Program-made: the position numbers and the translations under genes
The notes under the pieces: model-generated
What the model saw: the letters and a program-made list of their open reading frames with translations, nothing else
Told to the model about the DNA's origin: nothing
The model's database searches: none
DNA from: Candidatus Avimonas caecicola
Lineage (GTDB): Bacteria > Bacillota > Clostridia > Oscillospirales > Acutalibacteraceae
Direction: 5' to 3'
Assembly (NCBI GenBank): GCA_904419875.1
Contig: CAJFTG010000002.1
Coordinates: forward strand, 24,039 to 88,038
Length of the DNA stretch: 64,000 nucleotides
Shown: piece after piece, positions 1 to 9,385 of the stretch
How positions within the stretch are numbered: position 1 is the stretch's first letter
Layout: each line of letters starts with the position of its first letter

Positions 1-1
1 C

Positions 2-1414
2 GCCGCCCTGAACCTGACCGCCCTGCCGTATCAGCTGGGCGCGCAGGGAGAGCCCAACGGCCCCTATCATCTGTGGGCGCGCATGAACATTGACGGGCTG
101 GAAGCTGTGGACGGCAGCCGGGAGGCCGGCATTTCGGTGCGGGCGAAATACGGCTACTACACCGCCGGCAGCAGCCAGGAGCAGTATAAGACCGTGGAAC
201 TTTGCTCCTGGACCGCGGACACCGACGGCTGGGTTGACATGACCATGCCGGACGGCCCCCATCTGGCGCTCGAGGCCATCGACCCCTCTGCGGATGACGA
301 CGTATACTGCGACGTGACGGTGGAATTCGTGATGACCAACGCAAAAGGCACCTTCCAGATCGCGGACCTCGTGATCGCGGACAAAGACGATACGATCGTG
401 TATTCCCTGGCCAACGACCCCTGCTTTTCGGCAATCACCGACTTCTCCCGGCGGATGAGCAGCGAGCCCAGCCTGATGTGGAGCCCGCAGATCGACAGAT
501 CGAAGACCGCCATCACGGTGACCACGGCGAAAAGCGGGGAGTATATTCCCAACCGGGTGCTGACCATGGATATCCCGGCCAACGCGGAAGGCGAGACCTC
601 GGCGTATCCGGAAAGCTTCGCCTATCTGCACCTGAATGTCAACAATCCGCCCACCACCGTTTACAACCCCGAGGACGGCCCCTTTACCATGCGGGGCATG
701 GTAAAGGTGGAGGACTTTGCGGTCAACGCCTCCCAGCTGACCGCCGACGCGGAGGTAAGAGCACAGAACGCCGCCTTCCTGATCGGCAACCCCCTCGGCA
801 CCTACCACGGGCTGATTGCGGACACCGACGGCTGGGTCCCCCTCCTGAACGGGGACGGCACCCCCATCACCTTCACGTACGAAGAGGCGGCCGGCGAGGG
901 GAAAATGGGCTGGTATCCCCAGTTCTTCTGCAGCTGGGGCGCCACCGGCAAATACTCCCTGGCGGATTTTGCGGTGCTGGACAAAAACGGGAACGTGGTG
1001 TACAGCTTTGAAACCGACACCCTGCTGACCGACGGTGCGACCTACAAGCCCGGCACCAATCCCCCTTCCGACGGAACCGGCGGCCTGTATCTGTGGGCCA
1101 ATGACTACGTCGGCGTGGACAACAACACCCGCATCGATTACCGGTATGAGGTCGCCGATGAGACGACGGAGCATACGGCGGCCGACTACGCGCTGCGGAC
1201 CTTCGAGGAGGTCTACGTTCCGTATGAGAGCGGTGAACAGCCGACCACCCCTCCCACCGGCTCGGAGAAACCCACGGAGCCGGCCGGCGAGCCTTCCGCC
1301 CCTGCGGAGCCGACGCCTTCTCCGGAAACCGGCGCGGCGCTGCCCCTCGCCGTGCTTCCCCTGGCGGCGCTCGGTCTGACGGCGCTGCTGGTCACCCGCC
1401 GGCGGCAGCGTTGA
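2..1414 (+). CDS. Cell-surface protein, 5' end cut by window edge; C-terminal SPETG sortase-type sorting signal
   Basis: The frame of ORF 83..1414 stays open back to nt 2, so the ATG at 83 is probably internal. Two modules end in a similar motif (FQIADLVIADKDDTIVYS / YSLADFAVLDKNGNVVYS). A Pro/Thr/Glu linker is followed by SPETG, a hydrophobic helix and an RRRQR tail. Confidence 0.7.
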   Translation, partial: AALNLTALPYQLGAQGEPNGPYHLWARMNIDGLEAVDGSREAGISVRAKYGYYTAGSSQEQYKTVELCSWTADTDGWVDMTMPDGPHLALEAIDPSADDDVYCDVTVEFVMTNAKGTFQIADLVIADKDDTIVYSLANDPCFSAITDFSRRMSSEPSLMWSPQIDRSKTAITVTTAKSGEYIPNRVLTMDIPANAEGETSAYPESFAYLHLNVNNPPTTVYNPEDGPFTMRGMVKVEDFAVNASQLTADAEVRAQNAAFLIGNPLGTYHGLIADTDGWVPLLNGDGTPITFTYEEAAGEGKMGWYPQFFCSWGATGKYSLADFAVLDKNGNVVYSFETDTLLTDGATYKPGTNPPSDGTGGLYLWANDYVGVDNNTRIDYRYEVADETTEHTAADYALRTFEEVYVPYESGEQPTTPPTGSEKPTEPAGEPSAPAEPTPSPETGAALPLAVLPLAALGLTALLVTRRRQR

Positions 1415-1445
1415 CCACCGCCCGCTTCTGCCGTAAAACCGGGAA

Positions 1446-1481
1446 GGGATGCAGGAGCGCCCGCGGGCGCTCCTGCATCCC
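1446..1481 (+). terminator. GC-rich hairpin after the surface-protein gene (16-bp perfect stem, 4-nt loop)
   Basis: gggatgcaggagcgcc-cgcg-ggcgctcctgcatccc, 32 nt after the stop at 1414. There is no clear T-tract, so intrinsic termination is uncertain. Confidence 0.45.
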
Positions 1482-1528
1482 GTCCCGGGCGGCCGGAAAA
1501 TCCTAAATCGTGAAAGGGATGGGCAACT

Positions 1529-2551
1529 ATGGTCAAGCCGCCGTTTTCCCTGCGCCGCTTTCCCTTCGGATCCTCTTCCGAGCGGGCGGCCAGGTCGTTT
1601 GTCCGGGCGGAGCGGTTGGTGCGGGGATTGGGCAAGGCGGTCCTGCTGACGGGGCTCTGCTTCGTCATGCTGTATCCCCTGCTGTTCATCCTGTCCTCCA
1701 GCTTCAAATCCCGGGAAGACATTTATAATCCTGCGGTGGTCTGGATTCCCCAGGAATTCAGCCTGCAGGCGATGAAGACCGCCTTCCGCGTGCTCGACTA
1801 TCCCCAGGCGCTGCTGAAAACCCTGATGATTCTGGTCCCCGGCGTGCTGCTCCAGCTGGCCGCGTCGCTCCTCGCGGGATACGGCTTCGCGCGGTTCCGC
1901 TTTCCCTGCCGGGGGCTGCTGTTCGGGCTGCTGATCTTCACGATCATCGTGCCCGTGCAGACCTATATCATCCCGTTGTTTGTAAACATGCAGCAGTTCA
2001 ACTTTTTCGGAATCGGCTCCCTGGTCGGGCTGTTCACCGGCTCCCCCCTGACGCTGAACCTGATCGACACGCCGGCGGTGTTCTACCTGCTGGCGGCGTT
2101 CGGCATGGGCATCCGGTCCGGGCTGTGCATTTTTATCATCCGCCAGTTTTTCCGGAACATGCCGGTCGAGTTGGAAGAAGCCGCCATGATCGACGGCTGC
2201 GGCTCCTTGAAAACCTTCCTGCGGGTGATGGTGCCCAACACGCTGCCCCTGATCGCCACGGTTCTGGTGTTCTCCATCGTCTGGTACTACAACGACTATT
2301 ATCTGTCCGCCATCTTTTTCCGCACGGAATTTCCGCTGTCCGTCAGCCTGACCACGATGAGCCAGCTCCTGGGAACGTACAGCCAGGGGCTGCAGGGAAT
2401 GGGCGGGATGACCGGGCAGGAGCTGGGGCTGATGAAGGAGCCGGTGCTCGCCTGCGGGTGCCTGCTGACCGTGGTGCCGCTGGTGCTGGCGTATGTGTTC
2501 CTCCAGCGGTATTTTACGGAAGGCGTGGAGCGCAGCGGCATCGTCGGCTGA
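1529..2551 (+). CDS. Carbohydrate ABC transporter permease (MalG/CUT1 type), single copy in this plus-strand cluster
   Basis: 340-aa multi-TM protein. It has the N-terminal LLTGLCFVMLYPLLFILSSSFK helix and an EAA-type loop (VELEEAAMIDGCGSLKTFLRVMVPN) typical of sugar ABC membrane components. Confidence 0.85.
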   Translation: MVKPPFSLRRFPFGSSSERAARSFVRAERLVRGLGKAVLLTGLCFVMLYPLLFILSSSFKSREDIYNPAVVWIPQEFSLQAMKTAFRVLDYPQALLKTLMILVPGVLLQLAASLLAGYGFARFRFPCRGLLFGLLIFTIIVPVQTYIIPLFVNMQQFNFFGIGSLVGLFTGSPLTLNLIDTPAVFYLLAAFGMGIRSGLCIFIIRQFFRNMPVELEEAAMIDGCGSLKTFLRVMVPNTLPLIATVLVFSIVWYYNDYYLSAIFFRTEFPLSVSLTTMSQLLGTYSQGLQGMGGMTGQELGLMKEPVLACGCLLTVVPLVLAYVFLQRYFTEGVERSGIVG

Positions 2552-2597
2552 TTCGGCCGGTCCTCTGCCGGTGAACGACAAGAAAGGAAAATCGCCT

Positions 2598-3887
2598 ATG
2601 AAAACTTCCATCGTTATCCGCCTGACGGCGGCGCTGGCCTCTCTGCTGGCGGCCTCCGTCTGTCTGACGGCCTGCAGCGGCGGCGACGGCCCGGGAACGG
2701 AATCCGGGGCGTCGTCCCTGCAGGCGGAAAAGGGGAAAAAGCTGACGTTTATGCTCCCGGCGTTCGACTATCAGGACGATACCCGATTCGAAAATCAGGT
2801 CCTGAAGGAATTTCAGGAGAAATATCCCGAAATCCAGCTCGAACTGGTTACCGCCTCGATCGACAACTGGATGGTCAGGCTGCGCACCAGCGCGGCCAGC
2901 AACGACCCGATCGATGTTTTCCAGGACAGCGCGAACAACAACCCCATGTACGCGCTGCGGGGGATCAACCAGCCCCTGCAGGAGTATATCGACATGAGCA
3001 ATCCCAACCTGCACAAGGAAACCATGGACACCGTCTTCTGCTACGACGGCAATTACTATGTCGCCGTGACGGAACCGGATCCCTGTGTGGTTTTTTATAA
3101 CAAGGAAATCTTTGAAAACGAAGGCATTGACAGCCCGCAGGAGCTGTATGAGGCGGGCGACTGGAATTTCGATTCCCTCACCCGGATCGCCAAGGAGCTG
3201 ACATACAGCGACAACAGCGGGAAGCGCTGGGGCCTGGCCTGCAACTATCCGTACCTCTTTTTCGGCGCGAACGCCACCTCCATGGTTAAGCTGGACGACA
3301 ATTATCAGTACACCCTGAATATCAACGACCCCAACCTTCTGACCTCGCTGGAGGTGATTCAGGACGCCTGGTATACCAGCCAGTGGCAGGGCTGGGAATC
3401 CAACCCCTGGTCTACCTTTTACAGCGGTTCGGCGGCCATGCTGGCGGACTTCAAATGGACGGAACAGAACATCATCGAGGCGAAGGAATACGGCCTGTGC
3501 GACTTCGAATACGGGGTGGTGCCGATGGCATCCGGGCCGAACAATCCGGACGGGCTGACCCCTATGACCGCCTTCGGCTACGCGATGGGGAACGGCTGCG
3601 ACGCACCGTATCACGCAGGTATCCTGATCGACATGCTGATTAACGCCGAGGCGGCCAACAACGCCGAAAACTATGCCTCCTATCCGGAAGAGCACCTGGC
3701 GCTGTATGAGGAGCTTTCCCATAAGCTGTATCCGATCAACAGCTACGATTCCGCCGTGGGCGGCGCCTTCGAGATCTGCCAGGCCATCGGCGCGGGACAG
3801 AGCATTCCGCAGGCGATTGCGGAATACACCCCCATCTACCAGCAGAAAGTAGACGAGGCGAACGGCGTGGTGACCGGCGAGTCCTGA
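2598..3887 (+). CDS. Extracellular sugar-binding lipoprotein (ABC substrate-binding protein)
   Basis: The ATG at 2598 is preceded by GAAAGGAAA. Lipoprotein signal MKTSIVIRLTAALASLLAASVCLTAC. Size (429 aa) and composition fit family-1 SBPs. The longer ORF start at 2493 overlaps the permease and lacks a signal peptide. Confidence 0.85.
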   Translation: MKTSIVIRLTAALASLLAASVCLTACSGGDGPGTESGASSLQAEKGKKLTFMLPAFDYQDDTRFENQVLKEFQEKYPEIQLELVTASIDNWMVRLRTSAASNDPIDVFQDSANNNPMYALRGINQPLQEYIDMSNPNLHKETMDTVFCYDGNYYVAVTEPDPCVVFYNKEIFENEGIDSPQELYEAGDWNFDSLTRIAKELTYSDNSGKRWGLACNYPYLFFGANATSMVKLDDNYQYTLNINDPNLLTSLEVIQDAWYTSQWQGWESNPWSTFYSGSAAMLADFKWTEQNIIEAKEYGLCDFEYGVVPMASGPNNPDGLTPMTAFGYAMGNGCDAPYHAGILIDMLINAEAANNAENYASYPEEHLALYEELSHKLYPINSYDSAVGGAFEICQAIGAGQSIPQAIAEYTPIYQQKVDEANGVVTGES

Positions 3888-3938
3888 ACGGCCGTTCCAC
3901 TAAAGCCTACCGCAGGCTAGAAAAGGCAGGGATATTCC

Positions 3939-5843
3939 ATGACCAAACAAAAACGCTTCTGCGCCGGACTGCTTGCCGCCCTGTTTGTCCTGGCCGCCGC
4001 CGGCTGCCGGTCGGACGGGGAAAGCTCCACGCCCGGGTCGGCTGCTTCCGGAGGCGGCACGAAAACGTCCGGCTCCGCGGGAACCACCACCGGCGGGACC
4101 TCCGGAAGCTCCGCCCCGGCCGGCTCCTCCGGCGGGACGGGGAGCAGCGCCGGGACGGGGACCGGCAGCCAGGCATCTCCCACCACCTCCGCGGTCGTGA
4201 CCAACCCCACCGAGAAGGACTTCATCATCGCCAGGGACGGCGCGGCCCGGGCCTGCATCGTAATCCCCGCCTCCGCATCGGAAAAGGTAAGGAGCGCGGC
4301 GGAAGACCTGCAGGATGTCCTTGAGCAGATGACCGGCGCAAAGCTGGAGATTGTGGCGGATACCGCCGCGCCTCCCCAAACCTACCGTCTCCTTGTCGGC
4401 CCGACGGCGCAGACCAAAGCGCTGGGGATTTCCCAGCCCACCGGCTATCCTTCCAAGGAGCGGGTGATCGTGAAACGGGAGGGCAACAGCCTGGTGCTGA
4501 TCGGCAACGACGACGGGGATTACAAGGGAACCCAGTTCGCCGTCAACATGTTCCTGGAGACGCTGGGCTGCGGCTGGTACGGGCCTCAGGCCCTGTGGCA
4601 GGTGATCCCCTCCCTCAAGACCGTGGCGGTCAATGCGCTGGACATCGATCATACGCCTGCGTTTTCCGCCCGTATCAGCAACGTTTATGTCAACTACGAA
4701 AAATTTTCGGAGCGGTGGTATATGGGCGGCGACAAGAAAAACGTCGGGCACAATATCGCCCTGCTCATCCCGCGGGAGGAGTATTATCCGTCGCACCCGG
4801 AATGGTTCGCCCTGGTGGACGGCAAGCGGGATCCCTACAGCGCGTCGGACACCTACTGGCAGTATTGCTACACCAACGAGGCGCTGGCCGCGGAGGTCGC
4901 CCGCAAACTGATCGCCGTTTTTGACGAGGATCCCTATCTGACCAACTACGCGATCGGCGCAAACGACGGCTGGGAGAAAAACTGGTGCGAATGCAGCTCC
5001 TGCTCCCGCCTGGGAAACGATACCGACGAGCTGCTGACCTTTGCCAACAACGTCGCCCGCGCCGTGGCGAAAAAGTATCCGGACAAGCATCTGACCATCC
5101 TCAGCTATCATTCCATCTACTTCCCTCCCCTCAGCGGGATCAAAGCCGAACCCAACGTGGAGGTAATGTTCTGCCGGGAGACCAGTATGATGGCCCCGCT
5201 GGACCTCAGCCTCAAGCTGCCCACCGGCTATAACGCCATTACCCACAACACGTATACCGAGTCCTGGCTGGACAATTTCAAAGGCTATATCCGGAAAACG
5301 AACCTGAAGAACATATCCATCTGGGAGTGGAACTGCATCGCGGCGGACAAAGCCGCCTGGGCGGAGATCCCCTGGGTGCAGGGCAACGTCGCCACCCGCA
5401 ACCAGGCCCTGTGGAAGGAAAACGGCGCCTCCTACATCTACTACGACCAGGGACCCAGCCCCACCTACCGGGAAAACCGCGCCAGCTTCGCCCTGCGATG
5501 GCCGCTGTGGTACGTATCCTCCAAGGCGATGTGGGACGACAGCCTGTCCGGGGAGGAGATCCTGATGGACGCCTGCCGGAAGCTGTTCGGCACGGCGGCG
5601 CAGGAAATGTTCCTTTACTACAAGGCCCTGGCCGACAGCAGCGAACAGTGCCGGTCCGCCAACACCATCTGCTGGGTGCCGCCGGAACCGTCGGAGGTCT
5701 ACACCCGGGAACGGGTGGCCGTGATCGATGCGGCCGTGGAAGCCGCCAAAGCCAAAATGAGCGCGGTAACCGATGTGCAAAAGGAACGGATGGAGAACCA
5801 GTTCACGTATTGGTCGAACGCCAAAGGGCTGCTGTTTTATTGA
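3939..5843 (+). CDS. Secreted lipoprotein, DUF4838-like putative glycoside hydrolase
   Basis: Lipobox LAAAGC, then a Gly/Ser/Thr linker. An N-terminal module (DFIIARDGAARACIVIPASASEKVRSAAEDLQDVLEQMTGAKLEIV) and a WCECSSCSRLG Cys motif match what I recall for DUF4838 proteins. The family call comes from memory, not from a search. Confidence 0.65.
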   Translation: MTKQKRFCAGLLAALFVLAAAGCRSDGESSTPGSAASGGGTKTSGSAGTTTGGTSGSSAPAGSSGGTGSSAGTGTGSQASPTTSAVVTNPTEKDFIIARDGAARACIVIPASASEKVRSAAEDLQDVLEQMTGAKLEIVADTAAPPQTYRLLVGPTAQTKALGISQPTGYPSKERVIVKREGNSLVLIGNDDGDYKGTQFAVNMFLETLGCGWYGPQALWQVIPSLKTVAVNALDIDHTPAFSARISNVYVNYEKFSERWYMGGDKKNVGHNIALLIPREEYYPSHPEWFALVDGKRDPYSASDTYWQYCYTNEALAAEVARKLIAVFDEDPYLTNYAIGANDGWEKNWCECSSCSRLGNDTDELLTFANNVARAVAKKYPDKHLTILSYHSIYFPPLSGIKAEPNVEVMFCRETSMMAPLDLSLKLPTGYNAITHNTYTESWLDNFKGYIRKTNLKNISIWEWNCIAADKAAWAEIPWVQGNVATRNQALWKENGASYIYYDQGPSPTYRENRASFALRWPLWYVSSKAMWDDSLSGEEILMDACRKLFGTAAQEMFLYYKALADSSEQCRSANTICWVPPEPSEVYTRERVAVIDAAVEAAKAKMSAVTDVQKERMENQFTYWSNAKGLLFY

Positions 5844-5900
5844 AAAGGGCAGCCCTCCTCCCGCGCGGACGAGGGATTTCCCGCCGCCCGCCGCCACAGG

Positions 5901-5934
5901 AAAAGCCGCCGGCATCTCTGCCGGCGGCTTTTTC
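5901..5934 (+). terminator. Rho-independent terminator (potentially bidirectional)
   Basis: aaaagccgccggca-tctc-tgccggcggcttttt: an 11-bp GC stem flanked by an A-run and a T-run, 58 nt after the stop at 5843. Confidence 0.8.
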
Positions 5935-5950
5935 AGGCTGTCAAAACGAA

Positions 5951-5977
5951 CGGGGCAAACGGGGCAAACGGGGCAAA
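5951..5977. repeat. 3 x 9-bp tandem repeat (cggggcaaa)
   Basis: Read directly from the sequence: cggggcaaa cggggcaaa cggggcaaa, in the intergenic region between convergent genes. Confidence 0.9.
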
Positions 5978-6139
5978 TGGAAGCAGCCCCTTCCCGGCGA
6001 GGGCGGCCGGCCCGCGCTTCGTACCCGCCGCTTTCCGTCCCCTTTCCGCCCCCTTTCCACCCCCGGTCCCGTGCCTTTGGGAAAGGGCCGCCTCGGCCGG
6101 CCGGCTGCGGGCCGGACACGCCGGGGAGCGGAGGGGCGG

Positions 6140-7786
6140 TTATTCCGCGTCGGGCGGCGGCGCGTCCTCCCCTTCCGGGGGTGTCCCGCCGTCAGGCGGA
6201 ACGGCCCCGCCCATCCTCGGCCGGATTACGAAGTACCAGAGGCAGAACCCTCCGCCGCCGAGCAGGACAACCGCTCCCGCCACGATCAGCGCCACTCCCC
6301 AGCCGGGAAGCCCGCCGCCCGTTTCCTCCGGTCCGTCGCCGCCCGCCGAGGCGCCGGGACCGGTCGGGCCGCCCGTCTCCTCCGTTTCGCCGGAGGGAGC
6401 GGTGGTCCCGCTCCGGGAGGCTGTCGTTCCCCCGTCCAGGGACGGGCCGGTCGTACTGTCGCCGGTGGGGTCGGTCGCCTCAGGCTCCGGGTCCTCGCCG
6501 CCGGAGGAGGGGCTGTCCGGTTCCCCGCCCCCGTCCGAAGGCGGCGTTTCCCCGCCGCTGTCGGCCGCACCGAGCACCTCGCTCACCCGCACGTTGTCGA
6601 ACAGGATGCCGAAGCCGGCGGGCTGCTGCGCCAGGTTGATGAACAGCCGCAGGCCGTAAATCGACTCCGCCTCAAACGCAGTGGGGGTGTATTCCACGAT
6701 CACCCGCTTGTAGCCGTTGGAAAGGGCCTCGCCCACGTCGTTCTTGATGAGGTTGACGTTGCTCCAGCCGCCGGTGTTGCCCACCATCCTGTCCGCGTCG
6801 GCCATAAAGGAAACGTGGGCCTGCAGGCTGTCCTCCCGGGTGGTTCCCAGGAACTTGTAGTCAAACATCAGGCGGTAGGTCCTGCCCGCCTGCAGCTTTT
6901 CCTGAAAGTTGACATAGACCGAGCCGTAGTTCAGCATCATGTTGCCCTGCATGCGCAGCACCCTGGAGCCGCCGTCCTCGACGACGGTGGAGGCCATCTT
7001 ATCGCCGTCCACCGTCCACCAGCCGTTGACGTCGAAGGCGGGGTCGTACAGGCTGCCGGTCTTCTTGTACTCGAAGTCGCCGCCCTTCACCAGGTTGGTG
7101 GAGGAGAGGTTCACCGCGCCGGCCTCGCCGGCGGAAAGCCCCAGCTTGGAGATCTCCACATTGTCCACCAGCAGGCTGGCCTCGCTCCCCAGCACTTTGC
7201 CGCTGTAGTTGAACTCCGCGAAAAAGCGGATTGCCTTGAAGGTGCCGGGGGATTCCACCACGAAGGTGCCGGTCACCTTCCGCCAGCCGTCCCCCATGTC
7301 CTCCCCGGGCAGGGGCGCCAGGCCGGCGATGATGGTATGGGTGGCGCCGACGCCTCCGTCCATCACGTCGCAGTGGAGCTGGTTGGTCTTGGTCAGCGGG
7401 TCGGTCACCTTGTACAGGAAGCTGACCTGATAGGTTTCGGAGCGCTGGATATGGCCGGTGGGGAAAATGAAGTAGGCCGCGCCGTAGGCGTTTTCGCCGT
7501 TGCCGGCGATCTGCAGGCAGCGCCCGCCCTGATAGCCCTGGTTCACAATGCTGACGGTCGCATAATCGTACTCGTTGGAGCGCCAGCCCTGGGTTGCCGA
7601 GAGTTCCTCGTTGGTCCCCTCCTGGGGCAGCGCGCCCAGCGGCACCGACTCAAAGGTGCCGGTGCAGAAGTTCTCCCCGGCGGTGACCCGGTATGCCGTG
7701 CCCGACTGGGTTTCGGCCGCCGCCGGGATGGCGGCCGCCGACAGCAGCACCAGGGCTGCCGCCGCCAGGCTGATTCCTTTTTTCAT
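6140..7786 (-). CDS. Membrane-anchored surface protein with two CBM4/9-like carbohydrate-binding modules
   Basis: The ATG at 7786 is preceded by GGAGGAGG. Signal peptide MKKGISLAAAALVLLSAAAIPAAA. Two beta-sandwich-like modules (NFCTGTFESVP... and NLVKGGDFEYK...). A Gly/Pro/Ser/Thr/Glu linker leads to a C-terminal TM helix and a 25-aa tail. The ORF-track N-terminal extension to 8050 overlaps the upstream gene and is Arg/Pro-rich. Confidence 0.8.
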   Translation of the reverse strand: MKKGISLAAAALVLLSAAAIPAAAETQSGTAYRVTAGENFCTGTFESVPLGALPQEGTNEELSATQGWRSNEYDYATVSIVNQGYQGGRCLQIAGNGENAYGAAYFIFPTGHIQRSETYQVSFLYKVTDPLTKTNQLHCDVMDGGVGATHTIIAGLAPLPGEDMGDGWRKVTGTFVVESPGTFKAIRFFAEFNYSGKVLGSEASLLVDNVEISKLGLSAGEAGAVNLSSTNLVKGGDFEYKKTGSLYDPAFDVNGWWTVDGDKMASTVVEDGGSRVLRMQGNMMLNYGSVYVNFQEKLQAGRTYRLMFDYKFLGTTREDSLQAHVSFMADADRMVGNTGGWSNVNLIKNDVGEALSNGYKRVIVEYTPTAFEAESIYGLRLFINLAQQPAGFGILFDNVRVSEVLGAADSGGETPPSDGGGEPDSPSSGGEDPEPEATDPTGDSTTGPSLDGGTTASRSGTTAPSGETEETGGPTGPGASAGGDGPEETGGGLPGWGVALIVAGAVVLLGGGGFCLWYFVIRPRMGGAVPPDGGTPPEGEDAPPPDAE

Positions 7787-7817
7787 GGGATGTTGCCTCC
7801 TCCCCCTTGCGGGACAA

Positions 7818-9311
7818 TTATCCGCGGCGGCGGCGCGACGCGCCAACCGCCGCAGCGGAAGCGGCCGCCAGCAGCAGGACCGGAACGGCGGCAGAAACGA
7901 CGCCGGTTTCCGGGTTGTCGGTGCTGCCGGGCTTTTCCGGTTCCGTGGGGCCGGTCGGGCCGGCGGGCTGTGTGGGGCCGGCGGGCTGCGTGGGGCCGTC
8001 CGGATGTTCCGTAGTCTCGTCCACGTCCGCAAGGTCGTACAGCGAAACATTGTCTATGAAGAGGCCGGTATCGCTGCCGGCGCCGCCGAGCTGGATGAAG
8101 AAGCGCAGGTCGGTGAACAGCGAGGTCTCAAACGCGGAGGGGGTGAAATCCACGGCGACGCGGGTATACCCGTTTTCCAGCGCTTCGCCCGGATGGGTCA
8201 GCAGGTTCACGGTGTACAGCCCGCCGGCGCCCAGGGTCTGCACGGCGCCGTCGTTGAGGATTTCGGCGTGGGCCTGCAGGCTGATTTCATCGGTGTTGTC
8301 GATGAACTTGTAGTCAAAGGACAGACGGTATGTATGGTCCGCCGTCAGCTCGGGGAGCCGGTACAGGGCCACGCCGTAGGCCAGGGCGTTGTTCCCCGCC
8401 AGGCGGAGGACCTTGGAATTGCCGTCCCGGGTGACGGAGGTGGACTCATAGTCCCAGACGGTGGAGCCCCAGCCGTTGTCGTCGTAGGTGGTGGCGAGCT
8501 GCTCGCCCAGGCCGTAATCCTCAAAGTCGCCGGCCTTGATCAGGTTGGTGTCGCTCCGGTTTTCCGGCGCGTCGGCATCCGCGGTCAGGGCCGCTTCGCC
8601 GACCTGCACGTCGTCAAACAGCACATACGCGTCGCTGCCGAGGGAGGGCGTGCCGTCCGGCTGGCGGAAGTCCGCAAACAGCCGCAGGAAGGTGCGTTCG
8701 CCGAACGCCTCGCAGGCGATGGTGCCGGTGACGCGGTACCATCCGCCCCCTACCGGCGTGCCGAGCTCGGCGATGCCGCAGAGCTCTTCAGTAATCGGCA
8801 CCGCGCCGGGGTCGTCCTTCACCACGATGATCGGCTCGCCGGCCGCATACACCGTGTTGCCGACAATATGGGCGTGGAGCTGGACGCCGCCCTCCTTCAT
8901 CGCGTCGGAGAGCTTGTAAAGGAAGGAGACCGCGATCACGTCCTTATCGCCGAATTCCCCGGCGCTCACCGGCAGCTTGTAATACGCCGCGCCGAACGCC
9001 TTGCTTCCGTCCCCGGCGAGCTTGAGGGCGTTCCCGCCGCCGAAGCCTTCGCCCTCGGCCACCGCGGCGCCGATGTCCGCCGGGTTGGAGAACCAGCCGC
9101 CGGTCGCGGACAGGTCCTGCCCCACGACGGTATCCTGATCGTACAGGGGCAGCGCGCCGGCCGGGGCGTCCTCAAAATCGCCGCCGGCGCAGAAGTTGCG
9201 GATGCCCCATTCATAGACGGCGCCGGGCGCGGCGGCGAAGGCCGTCACCGACGCGGCGAACACCATGGACAGGGACAGTACAAGGGAAAGCGCTTTTTTC
9301 ATGGTTTTCAT
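7818..9311 (-). CDS. Sortase-anchored surface protein with two CBM4/9-like modules (paralog of 6140..7786)
   Basis: GGAGG lies 7 nt before the ATG at 9311. Signal peptide MKTMKKALSLVLSLSMVFAASVTAFA. Modules NFCAGGDFEDAP... and NLIKAGDFEDYG... run parallel to the neighbouring gene. PTQPAG repeats are followed by NPETG, a hydrophobic stretch and RRRRG. Confidence 0.85.
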   Translation of the reverse strand: MKTMKKALSLVLSLSMVFAASVTAFAAAPGAVYEWGIRNFCAGGDFEDAPAGALPLYDQDTVVGQDLSATGGWFSNPADIGAAVAEGEGFGGGNALKLAGDGSKAFGAAYYKLPVSAGEFGDKDVIAVSFLYKLSDAMKEGGVQLHAHIVGNTVYAAGEPIIVVKDDPGAVPITEELCGIAELGTPVGGGWYRVTGTIACEAFGERTFLRLFADFRQPDGTPSLGSDAYVLFDDVQVGEAALTADADAPENRSDTNLIKAGDFEDYGLGEQLATTYDDNGWGSTVWDYESTSVTRDGNSKVLRLAGNNALAYGVALYRLPELTADHTYRLSFDYKFIDNTDEISLQAHAEILNDGAVQTLGAGGLYTVNLLTHPGEALENGYTRVAVDFTPSAFETSLFTDLRFFIQLGGAGSDTGLFIDNVSLYDLADVDETTEHPDGPTQPAGPTQPAGPTGPTEPEKPGSTDNPETGVVSAAVPVLLLAAASAAAVGASRRRRG

Positions 9312-9385
9312 ACAGTAACCTCCTTGAAATGGATTCTCCCTTTTGCGGACAGATCTATGGAAAGGCCGTCCGGTGGGGACAGGCC

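Noticed and set aside
3900-8014. Very long ORFs antisense to, or out of frame with, annotated genes. Examples: 3900..6119 (-) 739 aa, 5327..8014 (+) 895 aa, and elsewhere 9329..11428 (+), 13769..15694 (+), 15558..17621 (+), 17396..19750 (+), 20400..22109 (+), 25849..28563 (-) 904 aa, 33086..35335 (+), 41737..43452 (+), 46671..48587 (+).
   Set aside because: Their translations are dominated by Arg/Gly/Pro/Ala/His runs with no domains, signal peptides or SD-linked starts. Each overlaps a gene with clear family features. These are shadow ORFs, as expected in high-GC DNA where stop codons are rare.
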